Assembly (NCBI GenBank): GCA_963693365.1
Contig: CAVNZM010000001.1
Coordinates: 2,062,907-2,126,906 of the forward strand
Direction: 5' to 3'
Length of the DNA: 64,000 nucleotides
Origin: Amoebidium appalachense
Taxonomy: Eukaryota; Protista; Ichthyosporea
In this document: positions 1 to 11,614 of the stretch, piece after piece
Layout of the letters: each line of letters begins with the position of its first letter
How positions within the stretch are numbered: the stretch's first letter is position 1
Notes under the pieces: generated by a model
Databases searched by the model: none
Told to the model about the DNA's origin: nothing
What the model saw: the letters and a program-made list of their open reading frames with translations, nothing else
Made by a program: the position numbers and the translations under genes

Positions 1-8
1 TTGACCGT

Positions 9-863
9 ATGCTCGGTGTTGATTTTAATCACTCTGATCCCCATCACCTCCACATGCACCAGAGGTCTTACATCATGGATATCATCCACGACTTCAACCT
101 CACCGATGCCAAGTCCAAGTCTACCCCCATCCCTGCAGGCACCACCGTCTCCCTGGCTGATTGCCCCCCCCAACCGTTCACCGTGCCCTACCGTGAGTTA
201 CTCGGCCGTCTCCTCTGGGTGGCACGGTGCACACGTCCCGACATTGCCTATGCCATCGGCTTCCTTGGTCGGTTCAGCACCAACCCCGGCAAGACTCACT
301 GGGACCTTCTCCGTCGTGTGGCCCGGTACCTGCTCGGCACCATTGACCTTGGCATTGACTACAAGTACTCGGCCACCCAGTCCCCCATACTCGAATGCTA
401 CACGGATGCTGACTTTGCTGGTTGTGCCGACAGCAAGAAGTCTACCACCGGCTACATTATCGTGTTTGCTGGTATGCCCGTCATCTGGTACTCCAAGCTC
501 CAGCCCATCACGGCCACCAGCACCACTGAAGCTGAGCTGATTGCTCTCAATGCTGGCACCCAAGAAGTTGCTTGGGTCCGTGACCTCTTCAAGGAACTCG
601 GCTGTCCCATGCTTGCTCCGACTCCGGTGTACTGTGACAACCAGTCGACCATTGCCATCGTCAACTCCACCGGCATCAAGCACCGTACCAAACACATTGC
701 CGTCCGGTATCACAACACCAAGGACTACATTGCCAGTGGGGACGTGGTTGTCCACTACGTTGAGTCAGCCCACAACTTAGCTGACATACTCACCAAACCC
801 CTCCCCGGCCCGAGTCATGTCCACCATCGTGCTCGACTTTGTTTACCGGATATTGTGGATTGA
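9..863 (+). CDS. pol: Copia-A Pol C-terminus (RT thumb and RNase H), 5'-partial
   Basis: YRELLGRLLW, TRPDIAYA, YTDADFAG, STTEAEL, YCDNQS, RTKHIAVRYH, NLADILTKPL. Confidence 0.93.
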   Translation: MLGVDFNHSDPHHLHMHQRSYIMDIIHDFNLTDAKSKSTPIPAGTTVSLADCPPQPFTVPYRELLGRLLWVARCTRPDIAYAIGFLGRFSTNPGKTHWDLLRRVARYLLGTIDLGIDYKYSATQSPILECYTDADFAGCADSKKSTTGYIIVFAGMPVIWYSKLQPITATSTTEAELIALNAGTQEVAWVRDLFKELGCPMLAPTPVYCDNQSTIAIVNSTGIKHRTKHIAVRYHNTKDYIASGDVVVHYVESAHNLADILTKPLPGPSHVHHRARLCLPDIVD

Positions 864-1265
864 CCCGACCTACTTCAAGAGTGATTTTCTCATGTGTACT
901 ACTTACTTTATCAACATCATTATATCATATGTATTGCCTTTGTGGGTATGCCCACTTAGGGTTTATATATAAGGTTTGACCTGTACCATCACTCTACTCT
1001 ATCTTTCACTGGTTTAAAACCCAGTTAATCAAACACCGCCTATACACGTTATATATATTCGTTGTTTTTGCCCCGGTTCCTTCCCCCCCTCCCCCCCCCC
1101 TTCCCCCCCCCTTCCCCCCCCTTCCCCCCCCCCCCCTTCTCCCCCCCCCCCCCCCGGAAAAGTACACACTTTAATTTTTTTTTTTCCGTTTCTGTTCTCA
1201 AGTGGGGAGATTTCACTAGTTCAGTGGGGATATGATAACACAAACTTCAAAGTCTTAAGTGGGGA

Positions 1266-2190
1266 TGTTGTAATACGTAGTATTTACATATGGTAAGATC
1301 TTCTCAGTTTGTGTTATGTTTCAGTTCATATGCTTAGTGTAAATGCCACACTCCTATTATGTAAAGTGTAGCATCGATCTCCGATATGCTTGTATACTTG
1401 TAATCGTGTTGTATCGGCTTTAATCGTGTATTGTAATATCGATTAGAATATTTATATGTGTGTACACGGATCCACCCACTCAGGGAGAGACGTGTACATG
1501 TTCGTGTGTACATAAATATCTCTGGTTATAGTTATGCTATTACTATCTTGTTTGTTGATCTGTGCTCTCTTTTCCTTCCTCTTTCTCCTTCCTTATTTTC
1601 TTTTCTTTCTCTCCTTGTCTTCATGTGTATAATCGTATTTCTTTTCTACTAATATATGTTAGGTAGATTTGTGTTACTTAATACGTGTTCATTGGACGGT
1701 AACACACTTAGGCTACACTTAGAATAGCATGTGTGTTTAGACTTCATTAATTCACTTTAGTTTTCATGTGTTGCCGGGCTTTAACCAATCATCAAGGTTA
1801 AGTGTGATATGTCTGAGTCTTTGCAGTATGTCATAGGTTAGAACTTCCTTGATGATGACACGAGTTGATCCTAACTAGTGTCTGTGTCCTATCGTGTACG
1901 CCTCCGCGTACCGGATCTCTCTGAAAGCAATTGGTTCTTAGTGATTGGTTTCTATTAGAGATGGATCTGATTTCCGACTGGTCGGAAATCATGTATGGAT
2001 TGGACTTAGAGGAATTTCAGGTATTTATTCGAAGATCAGAATAAATTCAGTTCAGTCGTGTCTAAACATTGATGTCTGTTGTGTACACTGCTCCGATCGT
2101 TCCGTGTTTTGTTGTTGTGTGTGTCTGTGGTGTTTTCACACTGCACCACTGTGTCTCTGCTTACATCCCAAATACTTATAGAAGTTAACA
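1266..2190 (+). repeat. LTR-A (925 bp), 3' LTR
   Basis: TG...CA ends, preceded by PPT, repeated many times in the window. Confidence 0.95.
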
Positions 2191-2630
2191 GGTTATGTTA
2201 ACAATTTAAACACAAGGCATGAACATCTTGTGGACTGATTTATAGACTGTTTGTCAACCAGTTAAGACACGGGGAAGGTGCATCCCGTGGACTAGGTTTA
2301 GACTGGCAGTCAACCAGCACGCCATGGCTATAGATAATTATTTATACTGGGACGCCATCCCAGTTCGACATATATATAAAGTCGAATAAAGAAGAAAACC
2401 AATATATATGGTGGGATATGAATATAAATAAACGACGGATGGTGGAGAATAATCCCCATTGAAGATGCACACACATGACGATGTAAGACAGAGTCCCCAC
2501 TGATGAAGAGAAACGATGAGGAGTAGTAGACTTTCGTTGGGAGGCATCTTGATCACCGTAGGTGTGTCAACTGCTGTCCAGGGCCCCAACCTACTCAGAA
2601 ACCACTCGATGATGAACACCAGTGCACGGG

Positions 2631-4827
2631 TCAGTCACGGAGACTGAGGTTGGCACGGTGTGTGTCGTGGGCCGGACCAGCCAGAGGCTTGGTGAAGATG
2701 TCGGCCAGGTTCTTCTTGGTGTCGATGTAGGTGACAGCGACGTCCCCACTGTTGATGTAGTCCTTGGTGTTGAAGTAACGAACGGCAATGTGCTTGGTCC
2801 GGTGCTTGATGGTGTTGGAGTGGACCAGAGCAATGGTGGACTGATTGTCACAGTACACGGGGGTGGGCTCGGTCATGGGGTAGCCCAGCTCCTTTAGTAG
2901 ATCACGGTGCCAGACAACATCTTGCACGGCAGCATTGAGGGCCAGGAGCTCGGCCTCACAGGTGGAAGTTGCAGTGATCGTCTGTAGCTTGGAGTGGTAG
3001 GTGACGGGGGTGCCTTCGAGGAGGATGACGTACCCAGACGTGGAACGACGGGTGGTGGGGCAACCAGCAAAGTCAGAATCCGAGTAGCACTCAAGGATGG
3101 GCACCTTGCTGTTGGGGGCCTTCTTCTTGTAGTAGAGGCCGAGGTTGATGGTGCCGAGCAGGTAACGAACGACACGGAGGAGAAGCTCCCAGGCAGTCTT
3201 GGTGGGCTTGGAGCTGAATCGGCCGAGGTAGCCAATGGCATACGAGATGTCAGGCCGGGAGCACCGAGCAACCCACAGCAGACGGCCGAGGAGTTCACGG
3301 TAGGGGACGGTGGTGGGCAGGGATGAGAGGGAGGTCTCGTTGATGATGGTGCCCACGGGAATAGGGGTGGCCTTAGGCTTGGCATCGACCAGGTTGAAGT
3401 CGGTGATGATGTCCTTGATGTAGGAGGACTGCAGCAGCTTGAGGGAGTCACGGGTGTACAGCAGTTGGGTGCCGAGGAAGATGTCTGGCAGACCGACCTT
3501 GCACTCGGCAGACTTCGTGATGTGACGAACAAGCCCCTGCATGATGGTGGAGTGCCGTGTGCAGGTGATGATGGCATCATCAACGTAGTTGCCCGAACGG
3601 ATGTTGTGCCCGTTGGGGAACTGACGGAAGTAGACACACGGATCGGAACGGAGACGGGTGAGGCTGTGGGCAATGAGAATGGAGTTGAAGAACTCGTACC
3701 ATGCCAGGGATGCCTGTTTGAGTCCGTAGATGGCCTTCTTGAGTTTCCAGACTTTGTGTTCATTGCCAGGGAGGATAAAACCAGGAGGTTGCTCCATGTA
3801 CAAAGTCTCGTCGAGGGGGCTGGTGAGGAAGGCCGTGCTGATGTCGAGTTGATGGATCTCGTGGTCCTGTTGCACACCGAGGGCACGCAGGGCACGGACG
3901 GAGGAGGACATGACGACGGGGGAAGAGTTTTCACCGTAGTCAACACCGTAGACTTGGGTGAAACCCTTGGCCACACCACGACCCTTGATCTTGGTGTCAC
4001 CAGCAGAGTTGAGGACCTTCTCCGTGACAATCCACTTGAATCGGATGATGTTGGCATCGGAGGGGGGCTCAACTACGTCGAAAATGTCCTTGTCGATGAA
4101 AGCCTTGTACTCGGCAGTGAGGGCAGTCACCACTTCATTACCCTTGGTGCCGGAGCACAGCTTCTGAATTGACCGGGGCAGCTGAGACACATCAAGGCTG
4201 GGTCGGGAGATGCTCACCATAGCCATGGCAGGCCGGGAGGAGAGACGGGAGGAACGACGGGGGACGGTACGGAGGGGCTCAGGGGCCGGGGGGGTGTCTG
4301 GGACAGACACTCGGTGGTCGGGGATGAGGGCCTGGAAGCCAGGGATGGGTGCCGTGTTGAGGGGGGAGTCGGATAACACGGGGCTGGACGGGGCCGAGTG
4401 GAACTCCGGAGACCCAGGACGAACCGGGGTGAGATGACCAGGTACGTGGTCATTGACGGCAGGGGCCAGCAGGGTTTGCTGGCCGGTGGGGGGGGGGGGT
4501 GGGTGGAGCCACGGGGGCAGGTACACGACGGGGGGAACGACGGATAATCACCGACGGAATGTCATCGTCATCGGAATTGGAATTTCCGGAATGCAGGGAT
4601 GGATCGATTGAGGTCGTCTGAATGGTGGCCTGCACACTATCTGATTGGATGCCGTGGTGAATTGTGATTCGTCGAAGACGACATCGCGGTAGAGGTTGAC
4701 CGTGTTGCCACGTAGATTCATGATCTTGTGGGCTTTGTTGGTGATATCCCAGCCCACGTAGGTGCCGAGTTTGACGGTAGAGGCCAACTTGTCTCGTTTG
4801 GATGCAGGGACGTGTACATAGGCTGGG
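2631..4827 (-). pseudogene. pol: Copia-B pol (IN C-terminus, RT, RNase H), frameshifted and interrupted
   Basis: HQLDISTAFL, YMEQPPGF, LKKAIYGLKQA, NYVDD, YSDSDFAG, ADIFTKPL. Confidence 0.9.
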
Positions 4828-5752
4828 TGTTGTAATACGTAGTATTTACATATGGTAAGATCTTCTCAGTTTGTGTTATGTTTCAGTTCATATGCTTAGT
4901 GTAAATGCCACACTCCTATTATGTAAAGTGTAGCATCGATCTCCGATATGCTTGTATACTTGTAATCGTGTTGTATCGGCTTTAATCGTGTATTGTAATA
5001 TCGATTAGAATATTTATATGTGTGTACACGGATCCACCCACTCAGGGAGAGACGTGTACATGTTCGTGTGTACATAAATATCTCTGGTTATAGTTATGCT
5101 ATTACTATCTTGTTTGTTGATCTGTGCTCTCTTTTCCTTCCTCTTTCTCCTTCCTTATTTTCTTTTCTTTCTCTCCTTGTCTTCATGTGTATAATCGTAT
5201 TTCTTTTCTACTAATATATGTTAGGTAGATTTGTGTAACTTAATACGTGTTCATTGGACGGTAACACACTTAGGCTACACTTAGAATAGCATGTGTGTTT
5301 AGACTTCATTAATTCACTTTAGTTTTCATGTGTTGCCGGGCTTTAACCAATCATCAAGGTTAAGTGTGATATGTCTGAGTCTTTGCAGTATGTCATAGGT
5401 TAGAACTTCCTTGATGATGACACGAGTTGATCCTAACTAGTGTCTGTGTCCTATCGTGTACGCCTCCGCGTACCGGATCTCTCTGAAAGCAATTGGTTCT
5501 TAGTGATTGGTTTCTATTAGAGATGGATCTGATTTCCGACTGGTCGGAAATCATGTATGGATTGGACTTAGAGGAATTTCAGGTATTTATTCGAAGATCA
5601 GAATAAATTCAGTTCAGTCGTGTCTAAACATTGATGTCTGTTGTGTACACTGCTCCGATCGTTCCGTGTTTTGTTGTTGTGTGTGTCTGTGGTGTTTTCA
5701 CACTGCACCACTGTGTCTCTGCTTACATCCCAAATACTTATAGAAGTTAACA
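4828..5752 (+). repeat. Lone LTR-A inserted in Copia-B integrase, no TSD, followed by a primer-tRNA copy
   Basis: 925 bp TG...CA; flanks rejoin as GGCTGGG|CAGCCG in the uninterrupted copy near 17990. Confidence 0.93.
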
Positions 5753-5782
5753 GGTTATGGGCCCAGCACGCTTCCACTGCGC
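5753..5782 (-). other. 30-nt cDNA copy of the 5' half of initiator tRNA-Met
   Basis: Minus strand reads GCGCAGTGGAAGCGTGCTGGGCCCATAACC, the D-arm to anticodon stem (CAT) of animal-type tRNAiMet as recalled. Confidence 0.88.
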
Positions 5783-6294
5783 AGCCGAACACGTGCAGGT
5801 GGGAGATGTCAGGCTTGACACCGTAGAAAATTTCAAACGGTGTACGGCCATTGGCAGCTCTGGCCGGGGTCACGTTGATGATGTAGGCAGCATGCTTGAG
5901 AGCAGCTCCCCACAGCTTGGGGGAAAGGGAGTCGGCCTTGTCCTGATGAAGGAAGCACCGAACGATCTCCTGCAGATCCCTCATCTTACGTTCAACGAAG
6001 CCGTTGAGTTGGGGGCAGTCAACCGGGGCAAATTCCTGAATGATGCCCTTGGACTGGCAGTACTGCTCCATAGCATGGGAGGTGAACTCGGATCCAGAGT
6101 CTGAACGGAAGTGGGTCACCAATTTGTCGGGTTGCTTGTCAGTAGTCTCAACCAGGGCCTTGACGTATTCGAGAGTTTCGGATCGATCACGGAGTTACAC
6201 GATGGTGTAGCCGGAGGCATCACAGGTACACACGAGGGCCACCTTGTAGCCACCATAGGAGGCACAGGGAGGCTCGAAGAAGTCCATGTGCCAC
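5783..6294 (-). pseudogene. Copia-B integrase core fragment
   Basis: FRSDSGSEF, PQLNGFVER, LWGAAL, TPFEIFYGVKPD. Confidence 0.88.
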
Positions 6295-7219
6295 TGTTGT
6301 AATACGTAGTATTTACATATGGTAAGATCTTCTCAGTTTGTGTTATGTTTGAGTTCATATGCTTAGTGTAAATGCCACACTCCTATTATGTAAAGTGTAG
6401 CATCGATCTCCGATATGCTTGTATACTTGTAATCGTGTTGTATCGGCATTAATCGTGTATTGTGATATCGATTAGAACCTTTATATGTGTGTACACGGAT
6501 CCACCCACTCAGGGAGAGACGTGTACATGTTCGTGTGTACATAAATATCTCTGGTTATAGTTATGCTATTACTATCTTGTTTGTTGATCTGTGCTCTCTT
6601 TTCCTTCCTCTTTCTCCTTCCTTATTTTCTTTTCTTTCTCTCCTTGTCTTCATGTGTATAATCGTATTTCTTTTCTACTAATATATGTTAGGTAGATTTG
6701 TGTTACTTAATACGTGTTCATTGGACGGTAACGCACTTAGGCTACACTTAGAATAGCATGTGTGTTTAGACTTCATTAATTTACCTTAGTTTTCATGTGT
6801 TGCCGGGCTTTAACCAATCATCAAGGTTAAGTGTGATATGTCTGAGTCTTTGCAGTATCTCATAGGTTAGAACTTCCTTGATGATGACACGAGTTGATCT
6901 TAACTAGTGTCTGTGTCCTATCGTGTACGTCTCCGCGTACCGGATCTCTCTGAAAGCAATTGGTTCTTAGTGATTGGTTTCTATTAGAGATAGATCTGAT
7001 TTCCGACTGGTCGGAAATCATGTATGGATTAGACTTAGAGGAATTTCAGGTATTTATTCGAAGATCAGAATAAATTCAGTTCAGTCGTGTCTAAACATTG
7101 ATGTCTGTTGTGTACACTGCTCCGATCGTTTCGTGCTTTGTCGTTGTGTGTGTCTGTGGTGTTTTCACACTGCACCACTGTGTCTCTGCTTTCATCCCAA
7201 ATACTTATCCAATTTAACA
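6295..7219 (+). repeat. Solo LTR-A with 5-bp TSD GCCAC
   Basis: GCCAC at 6290-6294 and 7220-7224. Confidence 0.95.
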
Positions 7220-8640
7220 GCCACTTGGCACCGGGGAAGGGGCACTGGGTTCTGGTGCCGGAGAATGGGGCCTTGGTGGTCTTGCCGGAGACACAACCGA
7301 AGCAGTCAGTGGTGTCAGCCACTGAGAGGGATGAGGGGAGGCCTGTCACGAGGTCACTTCTCACCATCTTGGTGAGGGTGGACAGGGCACGATGGCCGAG
7401 ACGGTGGTGCCAGAGCTGAGGATCATTGTTGACCTTGACGTTGGCTACCAGAGCAGTGACGGTCCGAGGGATGGAGGGACGTATCTCATAGTCGGTGATG
7501 AAGTACAGTCCATCTGTGCCTGTGAGGGAACACACGATGTTGCCACCACGAGTGTAGAGGTAGGATGGGAATTCATCCTCATCATCTAGGTGGGCAAGGA
7601 GACCCGACTTGGAGGCCATTGAGGGTGATATCAGGAAGGCTGGGGAGTCGGGTACATAGAGGGTGTTGAGGCTCAGTACTGATGTTACTCCGTTGTAGGT
7701 GACGGCCAGGTTGATGACACCACGGTGATGTGCAGTGACGATGCCGAGGCCGTGGACGTCAGTTGGGGGGCATGGCTCAAGAGTAGAGAAGTACTCCTTT
7801 ACTGGGCACACGTGGACGTTTGAAGCCGAGTCCCAGCAGGGGTCCATGGGTAGGGAGGCCGTGGTGGACACGAGGGCAAAATGCACCTCTTTTCCAGACT
7901 TGGTGCTGGCACGGTGACGACGGGCAATTGAGCAGCCAGGTTTGTCACACTGTGTGACATGATGGTCTTCGTGACAGTAGGCACAGTCGAGGGAGCCAGT
8001 AGTCTTGGCTCGGGGACCCGGTGACTGGGAATGACGGTTACCCCCTTTACGTGGGGGGTAGGGTGACCGGGAACGATAGCCGGGGGAACGGGACCGGGAG
8101 TAATCACGGTCAACTGAGGGGGATCGATCGGTGGGACGACCACGGGGGTGACGGGAGACGGAGCTGTCACGTCGGGGGATCCGGTGTCTGAGGTCGTCCT
8201 TGGTGAGGACACGGCTTTGCAGGGCACGTGCTGTTCGGACGGTGGAGGAGGACCCGGACCCAGAGTCGATGAGACCTTCACGGATCTCTGCAGCTCGGAT
8301 GTCACTGATTAGACGGTTGTAGGTTTCGTAGTTGATGGTACGACGGAAGTAGTCGGCAATCATGGCCTGGATGTCGGTACAAACTAACTTACGGTTCTTC
8401 TTGAGGTGGATGAAGAAGAAGTTATCAACCATAGTCTTGTGAGGAATGGGCTCTTCGAGGATGTGCAGGGTAGTGCACAGACGGCGTGCCATGGTGAGGT
8501 AGGCCGTGACGGTCTTGAAGTCCTTGAGTTCAAGCTCATGGTAGTCGAGGAGGATTTGACGAGCACGATCTTCACGTCAGCCGCATAGGTCATACGGAGG
8601 TTGTGGAAAGCTTGGGCAGGTGACACATCATCGTGGATTT
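7220..8640 (-). pseudogene. Copia-B gag C-terminus, protease and integrase zinc finger
   Basis: Zn knuckle CAYCHEDHHVTQC, protease WDSASNVH, LWHHRLGH...CFGC. Confidence 0.88.
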
Positions 8641-9683
8641 GATCAGGAGTCATGGGGCGAGTGGCCGAGCGAGACCGAAGTTATTTCGGCGAGCCGTCGG
8701 TTATTTTGGCGAGCCGATAGGCGAGCCAAAATAATCGACAAGGCGAGCCGAAATAACGAGGTCGAGCGAGGACACGAGCCGACATGATCCGGTTACGATA
8801 TGACCCATAAAGATCTAGCATTCACTTTATTGATACATTATGCAAACTTTAACTCGGTTATTTGATTCATATATCATTACATTCACATTTCAGGCTCATT
8901 TTCCTTATTGTTCTGCCTAGGGTTGAAGGGCTGATTGATGTTAATAATAATATTCCCATGAATCACAGCCCCGGACAGCAGATCTGTTGCTGTGCTATTT
9001 GCGGCTCTCAAAACCTGATTGGTGGTCGGATAACTAGATTTTTGATTGGTTGTTTGATTCGGCATGGACACATTCATTTGATTGGGCATAGGATTGAGAG
9101 CACGTGAGCCGACCATTTGTTTTTCATTGATTTGTATTTATCAGTGCCCTGCCCATGCTCAGCCAAACCTAGCACCTCGGCAGTTATGTCCTCCGAGACC
9201 TCAAGAGGGCGTTTGCCGTTCTTGTTGAAAGCCATTGTGTCTGCGTAATAACTTAGCACGTGTTCGTTATGATGATGAAACTGTGAATTTGCTTCGCCAT
9301 TATATAGGGAAGCCCCAGAAAATATCGTGTTTTCGTTGGCCGATATAGTTATTGTCATTTGATTGGGTAAACATATCGCTGTTTTCCGATTGGCAGATCT
9401 GTTTAGCTTGCATTCCTCCCGCAAACGGGTATATAAAGGCCGCAGTTTGCATTCATTTCATTCGTTAGGCAAAGCTCTTCTAGATCTAGTGATCGCTTTG
9501 ATTGGCTAGCAGCGCACTCACCCATTAACCCGGTTATTCGATTCCTCTAACCCAATAGAAATGTCCATAGCCTGGTTATTTCGGTGAGTGCGCTCTAGGC
9601 CAATCATGGCAAGACTAACTGAAGTTAAAGGTCGTGTCGTCATCCAATCAGTTCACACCCCGACGCTCGGAATATCGTAACCA
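8641..9683 (-). mobile_element. Unclassified non-autonomous insertion (Crypton-like or Helentron-like) with terminal hairpin and asymmetric inverted repeat
   Basis: Absent from the homologous Copia-B gag near 32325; AT-richer; hairpin 8646-8790; GGTTACGATAT (8791-8801) inverted at 9672-9682; no TSD. Confidence 0.7.
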
Positions 9684-9976
9684 GAGTTATACAGCTCATC
9701 ATTGGAGACGAGTTGAGTAAACATCTGTTCAAGGAAGTTGGAAGCCTCGGTGTAGGCCTCCTCAGTGTCATAGCCGTGCCACTCGTTCTCGTCGGAAGGG
9801 TCGACCCACTCGGGGGCCTTGATGACGGGCACTAACTTGGCCGCGGTGGTAGTACGTAGGTACCGGAAGATGACGGGTTCCCACTCATAATAGGTGAGAC
9901 GTTTGCCGGACTTCTTGTCCGTGGTGTCATCCCCTTTCCAGGGGGTGAGGTTGAGATACGCAGGTTTCTCCGACAT
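9684..9976 (-). pseudogene. gag: Copia-B gag N-terminus
   Basis: MSEKPAYLNLTPWKG..., same as 32624 copy downstream of LTR-B and PBS. Confidence 0.82.
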
Positions 9977-10150
9977 GGTGATCAATCAGTCAGATGATGC
10001 GTGAGAGAGGAATCGGTAGGCTTAGGTATATAAGCACGACAGTTTTTAGCAGATCAGCAAGCTACAAACACATCTTCTGTGTTTAGCATCCACAGCCTTA
10101 CAGCTATATATTCCTTTTCATTCTCCCTATCTTTCCCTACGCCGGTCAGC

Positions 10151-11320
10151 ATGCCGCCGAAAAAGCGCCAGGCCTCAGCCGCCGCCCCTGCCGCGGCACC
10201 TAAGCGCCTGACCCGCAGCGACCTCCGCCACAGGCTGACCAACGCTCCCGCGGACACTGACGCGCCTCCAGCGGCCCATACCACCACGGACCCGGACCCG
10301 CCGGCTACTCTCCCCTCCACTCCTGAAGTCCCCCCTCAGGCCCCGCCGTCCCCGCAGATGACTTCTCAAGACGCCGTCCTTGCCGCCCTCACCGCCATCA
10401 GCACCCAGATGGCTGGCGTCCTGGCCGCTCTCACCAACCGCGACCCTCCAGCGCCCCCCGCCGCGCCCTCCGCACCCGGGAAGGTTTCCCCGGGGCTGCA
10501 TCTCGGCCCTGACCTAGACCTACCTGCCCTGCCCGCGCCCCCCATCAAAGGTGAGAACACTGGCGACATTCAGCCGGGCACACTCCCGCTTCCCCCCGCG
10601 GATGTGCTGGCAGATTTGCGCGCCAATCGTTTCGTCGACCTGTATAAGTTCACCCCCGCAGCCCTCCTGGCCCCATCCAAGAAAGGTCAGCAGCTGCGCA
10701 TGGCCGACGACGGCAGCATCGAGACTTTTCGCCATGACAAACCCGTCCCCCTGCGTTCACTCGTCATTTGGATCCAAGCTTGGAACCATTACATGGCCGC
10801 CAAGCACCACCTCGGCCTCCCCACGGACAAGGACGTCCTTTGGACTCAGCACATCACTCGCCTTAGCACCCGATACCCGTTGGCCCAGATCCACAACTAT
10901 GACGTATACGCCCGTACCGTTGCCCACCAGCAGGGTCGGGCTCCGATCGAGTGTCCCAACCTGCTCGCCCAACTCCACCAGGATCTCCTCCTGCCACCCA
11001 CTCTGCTCATCCCGGACGCATGTCAGCGCTGTGGCTTCCCCGACCACCCCAGCGCGGCCTGCCCCATGTACCCCAAGCCCGGCTGTGGTCTTGACGGCTT
11101 TAAGCCGCCCCACAAGCCCGGCGGGGGTCAAACCCCTAACCGCCCTGGCCCACAACCCGGCCCGGCAAAACCGGCCCGACCCGTGGATCTACCCGCGACG
11201 CACTGCAGGAATTTCCACATTAACGGTCGGTCCTGCGCTAAGCAGCCCTGCCCCTTCTCCCACGTGTGCCCGCTCTGCTCTGGCACACACCCCCGCAAAG
11301 ACTGCAAGCACAATGCCTAG
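10151..11320 (+). CDS. gag: DIRS/Ngaro-type tyrosine-recombinase retrotransposon Gag-like ORF1
   Basis: RFVDLYKF, WIQAWNHY, YDVYAR and C-terminal CRNFH..C....CPFSHVCPLC...H....C zinc finger; RT-like start follows. Confidence 0.78.
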   Translation: MPPKKRQASAAAPAAAPKRLTRSDLRHRLTNAPADTDAPPAAHTTTDPDPPATLPSTPEVPPQAPPSPQMTSQDAVLAALTAISTQMAGVLAALTNRDPPAPPAAPSAPGKVSPGLHLGPDLDLPALPAPPIKGENTGDIQPGTLPLPPADVLADLRANRFVDLYKFTPAALLAPSKKGQQLRMADDGSIETFRHDKPVPLRSLVIWIQAWNHYMAAKHHLGLPTDKDVLWTQHITRLSTRYPLAQIHNYDVYARTVAHQQGRAPIECPNLLAQLHQDLLLPPTLLIPDACQRCGFPDHPSAACPMYPKPGCGLDGFKPPHKPGGGQTPNRPGPQPGPAKPARPVDLPATHCRNFHINGRSCAKQPCPFSHVCPLCSGTHPRKDCKHNA

Positions 11321-11614
11321 TCTACGCGCACACCCACACACACAGCTAGAACATAGGGGTTAGGAGCTAGGACACACGAGTACAAGGAAACGGAGCTCGG
11401 GAGAACGGGCCAATAGGGCTGAGTACAAAATCTCGCAGGCCAACTACGGCGCCCGCGCGCGTCAAGAATAAATGTTCCTACGCAAAGACGTTTATTCGGG
11501 CCACTGCACATAATTTTACTCCCCCCCCCCCATCCCACGAGCCTCCCCCCCCCTTACACTCACCTAGCACTCCCTCCCCCCTTCTTCTACCTCTGTGTCC
11601 GCCCACACCCCCGC

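Larger units (their letters stand above)
1..2190 (+). mobile_element. Ty1/Copia family A element, 3' part (RT/RNase H, 3' UTR, PPT, 3' LTR); runs off the left edge
   Basis: Copia RNase H motifs, PPT AAGTGGGGA, then LTR TGTTGTAA...GTTAACA; near-identical to copies at 39.4 kb and 51 kb. Confidence 0.95.
2205..10014 (-). mobile_element. Ty1/Copia family B element 1, both LTRs lost, interrupted by two LTR-A copies and a 1-kb insertion
   Basis: Collinear gag-PR-IN-RT-RH fragments on the minus strand, matching copies at 13-33 kb and 34-38 kb. Confidence 0.92.

Noticed and set aside
1458-2181. Recurrent small ORFs MCTRIHPL... and MVSIRD... in every LTR-A
   Set aside because: GTG/TTG starts, low complexity, recurring only because the LTR is repeated
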